DNA of 64,000 nucleotides from Takakia lepidozioides (taxonomy: Eukaryota; Plantae; Bryophyta). The notes below the pieces were generated by a model. It saw only the letters and a list, made by a program, of their open reading frames with translations. It was not told the origin of the DNA and ran no database searches. Positions within the stretch are counted from its first letter, which is position 1, and each line of letters starts with the position of its first letter. The stretch lies in the NCBI GenBank assembly GCA_030704615.1, contig CM060732.1:77624001-77688000 (forward strand), given 5' to 3'. The translations under genes and the position numbers were made by a program. Below are positions 49,802-59,663 of this stretch, piece after piece.

Positions 49802-51976
49802 ATGTATGGTGCTGTTGCAAGAAGACTAAGAGAGGGAGTCAACAACAACTCTACTGGCACTTGTGAGGATGTGACAAAACTATGCAAAGCAGGACGACTG
49901 AAAGAGGCCCTGCAAATGTTGAACCAACAAGGCTTTCGGGCTGGATACAATACGTATGTCTGCCTCTTGCAGGAGTGCATCCACAAGAAAGGCCTGGTAG
50001 AGGGAAAGCAGGTGCACACCCACATAATACAAAGCGGATTCAAGCCAAAGGCCTTTGTACTCAGCACCCTTGTCAACATGTATGCCAAGTGTGGGAGTCT
50101 GGTGGATGCAAGCCAAGTGTTTGACAATATGTCTGAACGGACCGTGTATACGTGGAATATAATGATAGCAGGATACGCCAAGCACGGGTACAGCAAGGAG
50201 GCTTTCAAGATCTATGAGCAGATGAAATGTGAAGGGGTGACGCCTACCAGGGTCACGTTCATTTGCGTTCTCAACGCATGTGCCAGCCTAGGAGTCCTGG
50301 GAAAAGGCAGAGCTGTGCACGCCGACATCGTCAAAGTTGGACTTGTGCTAGACATGATTGTCGAGACTGCCCTGGTTGGCATGTATGCCAAATGCGGGAG
50401 CCTGAAGGATGCACGTCAAGTGTTCAACAACATGGCTGAACGCAATGTGTTCTCATGGAACGCCATAGTCGCGGGATATGCTCAGCAAGGATGTGGAAGC
50501 GAGGCTTTCGAGATGTATGAGCAAATGCAACGGGAAGGGGTGACCCCAGACCAGGTGACATTCACTTGCGTTCTCAATGCGTGTGCCAGCCTAGGAGTCG
50601 TGGAAAAGGGCAAGAAGGTCCATTCTGACATAATCAAGGCTGGAATTGTGCCAGATATCATTCTGGAGACAGCCATCGGTGACATGTACGCCAAATGCGG
50701 GAGCATGAAGGATGCGCACCAAGCCTTTGCCAACATGGGTGATCGAGATGTGGTCTCATGGAACGCCATGATTGCAGGGTATGCTCAGCATGGGTGGGGG
50801 AGGGAAGCTTTCAAGATCTATGAGAAAATGCAATTGGAAGGGGTTAAGCCGAACAGCGTTACATTCATTTGTGTTCTCAATGCATGTGCGAGCCTAGGAG
50901 CCTTGGAAAAGGGCAAAGAGGTTCATGCCGACATCATCAAAGCGGGAATTGTGTCTGACGTAAATTTGGAGACTGCCCTTGCTGACATGTATGCCAAATG
51001 CGGTAGCATGAAGGATGCACGCCAAGTCTTCCACAAGATGCCTAAACAAGACATTGTCTCTTGGAGTGTGATGATCGCTGGATGTGCCCATCATGGTTGT
51101 GGTTGGGAGGCCCTTCAACTCTTTGAACAGATGCAACAGAGAGGCTTGAAGCCCAACAATATCACTTTTACTTTTCTTCTCTCTGCATGTAGCCATGTGG
51201 GCCTGGTAGATGAAGGACAACACTATTTCCAGTCCATGAGTCAAGATTATGGCCTCACTCCTACAGTGGAGCATTTTGGCTGCATGGTGAACCTGCTTGG
51301 CCGTGCAGGGCGATTAGATGAGGCAGAGAGCTTCATTATCAAGATGCCATTTGAACCAAATGCTTTGGTGTGGGGTGCCTTGCTTGGTGCCTGCAGAATT
51401 CATGGCGACCTGAACCTAGCAGAACGTGCAGCAAAAGGCATTCTTAAGTGTGATCCACAGCATGCTGGAGCTTACGTGCTGCTATCAAACATATATGCTG
51501 CAGCTGGCAGGTGGGACGATAAAGCAAAGGTGAGACAAATGATGGAGGACAGAAGGATCAGGAAGGAGCCAGGACGCAGCTGCATTGAAGTGTGTAACCA
51601 GGTCCATACGTTTGTCGCAGACGATAAAATGCATCCACAAGTTGACGAAATCCATGCTGAGTTGCAGAGATTGTCTGAGCGGATGAAGGAAGAAGGGTAT
51701 GTGCCTGACACACGCTTTGTGTTGCATGATGTGGAGGAGGAACAAAGAGGGTCTTCTCTTAGCCATCACAGTGAGAAGCTGGCCATTGCTTTTGGACTCA
51801 TCAGCACGCCTCCTGGGATGCCTATCCATGTCATTAAGAATCTTCGGGTTTGCGGTGACTGCCACACCTCCACCAAGTTCATTTCAAAGATTGTGGGGCG
51901 AGAGATCATTGTACGGGATGCCAACCGCTTTCACCACTTCCAAGACGGGTTTTGCTCTTGTGGGGATTATTGGTGA
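49802..51976 (+). CDS. PLS-class pentatricopeptide repeat protein with E and DYW domains (organellar C-to-U RNA editing factor)
   Basis: Intronless. Repeated L-S-P triplets, E domains, PG box (PGRSCIEV), HSEKLA, CGDCH and terminal GDYW*. The first ATG is 49802, but the frame is open from the CAT acceptor at 49629. Confidence 0.95.
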   Translation: MYGAVARRLREGVNNNSTGTCEDVTKLCKAGRLKEALQMLNQQGFRAGYNTYVCLLQECIHKKGLVEGKQVHTHIIQSGFKPKAFVLSTLVNMYAKCGSLVDASQVFDNMSERTVYTWNIMIAGYAKHGYSKEAFKIYEQMKCEGVTPTRVTFICVLNACASLGVLGKGRAVHADIVKVGLVLDMIVETALVGMYAKCGSLKDARQVFNNMAERNVFSWNAIVAGYAQQGCGSEAFEMYEQMQREGVTPDQVTFTCVLNACASLGVVEKGKKVHSDIIKAGIVPDIILETAIGDMYAKCGSMKDAHQAFANMGDRDVVSWNAMIAGYAQHGWGREAFKIYEKMQLEGVKPNSVTFICVLNACASLGALEKGKEVHADIIKAGIVSDVNLETALADMYAKCGSMKDARQVFHKMPKQDIVSWSVMIAGCAHHGCGWEALQLFEQMQQRGLKPNNITFTFLLSACSHVGLVDEGQHYFQSMSQDYGLTPTVEHFGCMVNLLGRAGRLDEAESFIIKMPFEPNALVWGALLGACRIHGDLNLAERAAKGILKCDPQHAGAYVLLSNIYAAAGRWDDKAKVRQMMEDRRIRKEPGRSCIEVCNQVHTFVADDKMHPQVDEIHAELQRLSERMKEEGYVPDTRFVLHDVEEEQRGSSLSHHSEKLAIAFGLISTPPGMPIHVIKNLRVCGDCHTSTKFISKIVGREIIVRDANRFHHFQDGFCSCGDYW

Positions 51977-53060
51977 AACTGAGATACGGCAGGAAGGTCA
52001 TGCTTTGTCGTTTATCTTCATGACTGCCAGTACCACAAAACCTGCCCACAGTAATGACACCAGTTGAGTCGATCAGCAGCAGTGAAGTCGCGGAAAACCT
52101 TATTGCTCTGAACATGTCAACAGATTCAAGGGAAAGCAGGCACTAAGAATCCTTCAAGTTTTGGGGGTTTGAGGATATTGCACAACTAAAGTTCAAACAA
52201 AGTGTTGATTGATCCCCAAAAGGTAAATCCAAATCCGAGGGAAATCTACTTTGTTTTGAGCCAGACATTTAATTCCACTCATAAAACACACACCATTCAT
52301 ATGGAATAAATGGTTCTATATCATGTGAACCATTAGAACCCATATCTGGACCCAACAGGCCAAGACTGCAAGAAGCCAAGGGCTTTAGACTCCCTGGATT
52401 TGAGGAGATCAAACACAAAAGAAAAGAGAGATAGAACCAAAGACCGAAGAAATTTTCTCACACACTTTCAAGTAAACTTCAGGTCACATAGACGCTTATT
52501 CAGAAGGTTCCAGACCCCATGGAGCAGGGATCTCGGAGTACTCTCTCACGCACATTTGGTCACAGTGGTCCTGAAGAAAGTGGCACAGAATTAAGAGCCA
52601 CTGTTCTTTGTAGCCAGATATTTGCTTTGGTACGTTTTTCTTCTGGCGTTTGTATGTGGAGTGCGAGCTGGGACCGCTCGATTTCATGGAAACGCGAAAC
52701 CGGTAGTGTGGTTTCTCTGTGCTATCGACATTCATCATTGGAATTTGCTGCACGGTTCACATCAAACCATATGTTCTCTTTCTTTTGAAGTTTCAAGGGT
52801 AGGCGTAGGCAATGCTTTCTGTTTGAGACTTGCAATCAGGGCAGTGGACCTGGTGTCGTCGAAGCAACTGGCCTTCACAATCCGTCGCTCTGTTCCATCT
52901 GAACTTGTTTACATAATTTTGTACTGGGCTTTGCTGCAATGTTGTGGGAGAATCCTTCAATGTACCCATTCCAAAGCTAACTTGCACTGAACTCTGAATG
53001 CACTCGACACTGCACACGGTTTGCAAGAAGCATACTTTAACTGGGGGATTAACTGCGGTA

Positions 53061-53196
53061 ACTCTATGCCGCAACATAATGCCACGGTAATAGGAACATG
53101 CAGCGTGGGTACAGGGCCGTCTTCCTCGGCTCAAGTTCAACGCTCTCCGAGAATCTGGCGATGGTGCAGCGGCAGCTTGCTACATCGAAACCCAGA
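53061..53196. repeat. Right arm of the inverted repeat (partner 48585-48710)
   Basis: Reverse complement of 48585-48710. Its outer end abuts a LINE fragment. Confidence 0.85.
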
Positions 53197-53200
53197 TAGA

Positions 53201-53563
53201 GTGGAATGGCACAGTTGGAAAAACTGTTCCTATGATTCAAGACAGCCCTAAGACAGATGAATTGGAGTATATTTCAAAGGCTTACATCCAAGGTGGGCAG
53301 CTCCAGGTCGAGAATGTGAGTTCTTCTGAGATCGTGGAAGCAATTGAGCATTTAAACGGATATAAAGCTGGTGCACCTGAGCATAGTCAACGAGCTTATC
53401 AAGCACGGTGGCGATCCCATGATAGAGGCCCTTGTACTAAGTTCTCTGTTTTTTGGACAATGTATCAGAAAATGGATACTTACCTATTATCTTCAGGTTG
53501 CCTCCTCTTCCTTTCTGCATCTGTTTTCTGTTCAAATGTAGGCATCTCGCCCTGAGTTTAAAC
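53201..53563. mobile_element. Rearranged fragments of the same LINE family (sense + antisense pieces)
   Basis: 53201-53431 matches about 30069-30275 in sense. About 53455-53563 matches about 31765-31890 in antisense. Confidence 0.8.
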
Positions 53564-53599
53564 CAGATTGAATAGAATGTGGGAAAGTGAAGATATTTT

Positions 53600-54941
53600 T
53601 TATTACCATCAAAGGGTAGCCTTAAAGGAACAACTTAGCGCACTGCGTTTGGGCTCACGACCTTCATTCCTCTTAACACCTCCGTGTGTTCCTCTGCAAC
53701 CTAGCATACACCACCACTGCCTTGCCTTCCCTGTCCAAGGGAGTGTTGTCTAGGTTGAGGGTTCGTAGCCAGAGATTGGCTCCCAACAATTCCATGATTG
53801 TTGCAAACACCTTGTCCCCAGTAACAGCCTCACAGTTCTGCAGATGAAGTGATGTCAAAGAAGTGTTGGTGGTAAGCGATTTGAGCAACACCACAATATC
53901 TTCTTCGGAAAACGTCCCAATGTTCGACACATCGAGGTGTGTCAATGTGGAATTGCTTTTCAACATGTTGGCTGCTCTGCTCCAATTATCGTTGCTTTCT
54001 TCATTGCCAGTCCCGTGGACGTCCAGACTTGTCAGAGAAATGCATTGTAGGAGCGCCTCCACACCATCTGCACCTATTCGGTTAAGAGAAAGGTCTAGCA
54101 CTCGGAGGGTATGGTTGCTGGTGGCCAGAGCCCTGCCAATTTCAGCAGCACCCTCCGACGTGATGTCGCAACCAATAAGGCGTAGAGTCAGCAACGAAGA
54201 ATTGCTACACAACATCGCTGCCATGTGCTTGACTCCCTCGTCACCGAATTTTCCTAATATTCCCCAGCTCACCGCATCGGATGGATCGTAAGAGTTCCCA
54301 TAGGTTGCATATTCAATTGATAGCTCCTGCAGGATCCGGTTGGAGCCTAAGGCATCTGTTGCAGCCAAAGGAGCCACCAACACTCGCACTCTCTCTGCAT
54401 CCAAATTCTGTACCCACAGTTGCAGAGATTGCAGGGTACGATTTTGGCGCAACGCGGCAGCAATCAGCGCAGCAGAATTCATGTTCATGTTTGTAACACC
54501 CACTTTAACCTCCGTCAGAAAAGTGTTCACGCGAAGCATTTCTGCAACGTTGTCTGTGACATCGCTCCGCATATTCATGCCTCCGCCGATTAGGAAGCGC
54601 TGTAGAGTCTGGTTGGAGTGCAGGCCTCTGCAAAATTCCTGCACCTCTGCTTTTACGTAATCTGCATCTCCCTCTCTGCCTGGGAAAAGTAACAACACTT
54701 CAGGCGCAGAAGTAATAAGTATATCACGGAGAACATCCAACCGAATGTGGTGGTCTCGGCTCGCATCTTCCTCCAAAGGAAAATTGTACAAAGCAATATC
54801 CTCAGTGTTAGCAAAACTTAGCATAACCTTAGATACCCACAAAAGTACACGAGATGGAGAGCGAGATGAGATTGCTAAGAGAAGATCTCCTAGCTCCAAC
54901 ACAGTATCAATCGCCATTACAACCGGAAGAGAAACCCACAA
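53600..54941 (-). pseudogene. TORNADO1-like RNI-type LRR protein with a broken Roc (ROCO) start
   Basis: 422-aa ORF of ribonuclease-inhibitor-like LRRs (L..N.TL..L.L). Just past its stop, shifted frames read GMKVVSPNAVR/LFL*GYPF.G, resembling the entry to the TRN1 Roc P-loop. LINE sequence follows. Confidence 0.6.
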
Positions 54942-55057
54942 GCCTAAGTTGCTAGCCAGCTGATCTGCAGTAGCAAATCAGGAAATGTGGAGAGTAGAGC
55001 GCTGGGGAAGTTGATACAAAGAAGTTGCAGCAGCGCAATGCCTCACAAGTCAGCCGA

Positions 55058-55789
55058 CTGTCGGTCTCATGGCCCATAAATGAAAGGTGGTTAATTTTTC
55101 CTCCTCCTCAAGGGCCTCAATTGTGGGCACATGCTCTATCCACCTGTGTTCCCTGACACATGGTGGCCCCTCTAGCACCTGGCCATCGCCCCTGGAGTTT
55201 GAAGAAGATATCAACTGGAAGCACAGAAAGAATAGAAACTCCAAAATTAAAGCTCATTTGAACTTTGAGAGATCAAAACTCTTGTTTTTTTCCTGTGCTG
55301 AATCTTCTGGCGTTGGATAGTCTCTATATACATCATTGCTTTGCTCTGCAGGTTTGCCTTAAGCCTGATCAGCATAGATCGGCGTAGTCTAATTTCATTC
55401 TTAGATTTATGCTTGGCGGTAGTTTTTGTGGTCTGGTTTTAGCACGCTGATTAACTCAGTTAACCATGACTGTTGGTCTTGCTCCCCATAGTGGTGCCCT
55501 GGGAGGTTCCCCCTGATTGTATTGCCTCATGGCCCCCACGAGGTTATTTTTCCCTAGTTCCTTAATTTGATTAGCAGATTTGATTAACAAGGCTCCGATC
55601 CCTTTCCTTCAATTTTATTTTTAAAATGATGGGTCCTCCTTGCATTTGAAACTTACATCTCATGCTCTTTTCTTTTCTTTTTTTTGTCTTTTTTTTTTAA
55701 GGAAACCTGGGAGCGACAGCCCACAATTCAGGCCCTTGAGGAGGGGGGAAAATTAACCCCCTTTCATTTATGGGCCATGAGGCCTACAG
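55058..55789. repeat. Cluster of LINE-like 3' fragments including a 71-bp inverted pair (55058-55128 / 55719-55789)
   Basis: The arms are near-identical reverse complements. The right arm is followed on the minus strand by an A-rich tail (about 55667-55698). Internal similarity to 10500-10940. Confidence 0.6.
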
Positions 55790-55807
55790 GTCGATCACCA
55801 CCCAGAC

Positions 55808-58683
55808 ATACCTGCATCATTTGCTCAGAGGTCTCCAAAGCTTCCATCCCGCGCCCCTGCTATGCATATCCTGCGATCATTGCGCTCCACGACACCACAT
55901 TTCGTTCAGCCATTTTGTTGAACACTCCCTTTGCATCCTCGATGCACCCACATTTGCAATACATGTCCACCAGGGTCCTGTTCAGAATTACATCTGCCAC
56001 AATTCCAGCTTTGACGATGTCACCATGGACCTCTTTGCTCTTTTCCAGGGCTGCCAGGCTTGCACATGCATTGTAAATGGAGACAAACGTGATGTGGTGG
56101 GGTTCACCCCTTCCTGCACCATTTGCTCATAGGCCTTCAAAGCCTCCGTCCTGCGCCCCTGCTGTGCCTATCCTGTGATCATCGCGCTCCATGACACCAC
56201 ATTTCGTTTAGCCATATTGTTGAACATTCCCTTTGCATCCTCGATGCACCCACATTTGCAATACATGTCCACGAGTGTATTATTCAGAATGACATTTGGT
56301 ACAATTCCAACTTTGACGATGTCACCATGGACCTCTTTGCCCTTTTCCAGGACTGCCAGGCTCGCACACGCATTGCAAACCGAAACAAACGTGATATGGT
56401 CGGGCTTCACCCCTTCCCGCATCATTTGCTCCTCCATCCTGCGCCTCTGCTGTGCATATCCTGCAATCATTGCATTCCACGACACCACATCCCGTTCAGC
56501 CATATTGTCAAACACTCCCTTTGCATCCTCGATGCACCCACATTTGGCATACATGTCCACGAGGGTATTGTTCAGAATGACATCTGGTACAATTCCAGAT
56601 TTGACGATGTCACCATGGACCGCTTTCCCCTTTTCCAGGGCTGCCAGGCTCGCACACGCACTGGAAACGTAAACAAATGTGATCTGGTTGGGCTTCACCC
56701 CTTCCTGCATCATTTGCTCATAGGTCTTCTTGTGCTTGAATCCGGCCCTCTTGGATGCATCTGGACCCACACTCTATCCCTTCTCCTTCAGTATCCGTGG
56801 CTCTCCATGAATTATGCAGACATCCTCGACTTGCTGCTAGCAGCTGACAATGACAGCCTAAATTTGTTCTAGCAAACACCTAAACCCTTTTCATAACAAA
56901 CTAGTTCCTATGCTGAATTGCATCTACTCCTATCTGTAATCTAACAGGCATTCACCTTTCTGCATCGATTGTCCAACCATTGACTGGGATTGGAAAAATA
57001 TTCCTTCCAATACTTCTCCTCGTCTTGTTATCCGTTTTTGGGTTCTTTCCTGTTGCCAAATTGGCAGTAACATGTCAAAATCAATCGAAACCACCATAGA
57101 TCCACCCACAAGCTAACTTGCAGAATTTAACATGAAAAATTAGGGATGACTCTGATAAGAGACCAAAACAGGCTGAAATGTGATGAAGAAGGTGCCTTCA
57201 TCAGCTGTGGCGTGGCCAGTGCTGCTTCCAAATGACCATCGACCCATGCAGGTCTCTTGTAGCTATCGATCCACAGGAAATCATGAGGTAATCTTGTGCT
57301 TGAAATCCGGCCCTTTTGGATGAATCTGGACCCACACTATATCCCTGCTCCTTCAACTATCCCTGCCTCTGCACAAATCATGCATACATCTCGCCTTGCA
57401 GCTAGCGGCTCACAATGACGGCCTATATTTGTTGTAGCAAACACCCCAACCCTACTCATAACACACTGGTTCCTATGCTGATTGCGTCTGCTTCTCTCTG
57501 TAGTCAAACAGGCATGCACCTTTTTGCCTTGATTGTCCCACAATTGACTGGGGTCGGAAAAATATTCTGTCCAAAGCTTCTCCTCGTCCATGTTGTCTGT
57601 TTTTGGACGCTTTCCTGTTGCCACATTGGCAGTAACATGTCCACATCCATCCAACCCACCATAGATCCACCCAACGGGCTAACTTGCAGAATTCAGCATG
57701 AAAAAGTAGGGACGCATAAGAGGGTCAAACAGGTTGAAATGGGTTGAAGAAGAAGGTGCCGCACCATTTTGTCCTTGGTCTTGTGTCATGGCACCTAGCT
57801 TTTCCTTCAACCATGGAGGAGTCAACCGCCCATCAACCCAAAAGGACCTCTTGTGTGTGCCGCTTGTGTCTGTAGTCGGATTGGTCTGTGAGGAGAACCA
57901 CCACGGTGCAGCTGATCAGCCATAGATTTAAACTCGGCCTCCTAAGACCAAGCTGCTGACTCTCCCAAGGACCTTGTAAACACCAGGGCAAATACCAAAT
58001 CATGCTACTAACAGGAAGAGCCCACATGTGCTGGGTGGAAAACTTCTTCACACCGTACATTAAGAAAGCCACACCTTGCAGTTGTGTTTGTCCCAGCATT
58101 GAGAAGGATCTTAAAAAAAACTCGTGCCAGCTCTGCTCCATGCTCTGCAGTAGAGCTTTGTGCCCGAAAATCCGACAGCATCAACACTTTGTCAACTTCC
58201 TTTCTGGAGGAGTGCTTTTGCTCTTTTAACAACATTCATGCAAGTCACTCCGGGCTCAATTGGACTCTACACAATGAGGAACACTCGAACATGTCCAAAC
58301 TTACACATGCTAAACGAGCAGCTTATGTTTGTAGTCTGGAGATTTTGGAGTGGTCTGTGAAAACGACCAGGGAGCAGCTGAGCAGCCACAGTCTCAACCC
58401 TCCCAAGTACCTTGCAAGCTCCAGGACAATAATACCTTGTGCATCCTACTATGCCCTGCTCAGGATGAACACCTAGATACGGACAGTAACAGCAGTTTTT
58501 CCAGAGCAAAGCGAGATACGATCCAGTCCACGCAATACGATCATACCCGGATCGTACATGAAGAAAGCTCACCTTGTCAAAGCCACTGTCCCACCATTGT
58601 GAAGAATTTTTTAGGAACTCCTGCCAGCGCTGCTCCATGCTCCGGCGTTGACCTACGCGCCAGATATCGGCCTTGTCGAACAA
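55808..58683 (-). pseudogene. Degraded gene with OSB-type PDF motifs followed by PLS PPR repeats
   Basis: Motif halves: WQEFLKNSSQWWD (~58600), WHEFF (~58130), LWTEYFSDPSQLWDN (~57550), GPDFKHK..LWIDSYKRPAWV (~57270, frameshifted) and YWKEYFSNPSQWLDNR (~56990). FKHKKT is joined to YEQMMQEGVKP..ACASL..MYAKCG repeats at 56722-55808, which carry stops and deletions. Confidence 0.75.
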
Positions 58684-59663
58684 TCTCGTGCGCTTTCTTG
58701 CCTCTTTGCCAAGAGCAGCGCATACATTAGTCTCAAAGCTACTGTCGCCATCGCCTTACCAGTAGATTCCAGACCAATCAATCCAAACGCAAAAAATAAC
58801 AACCTTTGGTTCGGTTGTTCTCGGTCAATGAAAGAAGTGCTGCAGCTCCGCAGCATATGATGAATCCTTGATCGTGATTTCCAAGATATCGATGGGTTTT
58901 CATTCGAAGTCAACATGCTATATCACAGCCTACGATTGGACTGACAAGGTCCCCTAAGATTTTGAATTAGATGATGGCACAAGGAAGGAAGCACTGTCTG
59001 TTGGAGAAAACAGTAGACCTGAGGGGGTTTCCGAACAAACCAACTACGTCCATGGAGGCCGTGTTTAAATTATCCTGGATGAGAAACAGTCCCGGGAGAG
59101 AGAGGTGGTGCAGTGGAACGCAGGAGCTTGACAGGCGAAGACGGCAATTGGCCATTCCAGAGAGCCGAGAGTGTTGATTGCAGTTCACTGAAGAGCTGAG
59201 GTAGTTCGAGGAACAAAACAACACATTAATTCCTCTTCCTGTCGAGGTGGCCTCAGGTTGCGTACGAGCGCTGGCTGCCACCTCGACGGGGCAAAAGTTA
59301 AACATGCATGACAGCAGTCCCAAAGCCTCTTGGCCATCGTAAGTAGGTCCGTAATAATAAGTTGTCTGTTTCTTGTCTCTCAAGCTTTCCAGAGATCACT
59401 GTAGAGCTTAATTGAGCTTAATAGAGGGCTGATTCTGATGAGTGCAGTTGTCGCCCCACTGTAGAACTGAGATAGCTTTCTAAGAAATTTGTAGTACGGG
59501 GTTTGATCTGCGTGTGAGCTTCACTCTTTCTTCCTTTCCCACTAATTCTTCTCAGATCCATGTTGCAGTCGTAGCACCCATCTCCCTTCCACTTGGGTAT
59601 GTTTTTGCTTGAATTATAATATTGTTACTTCTGGGTCTCGGCCAAAGAGTTCGGGTTGAGAGG

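Noticed and set aside
59430-59472. Hammerhead or C/D snoRNA-like CTGATGA...GAAC/CTGA
   Set aside because: It lacks GAAA and the G-C pair closing stem II, and the C-to-D spacing is too short for a snoRNA.
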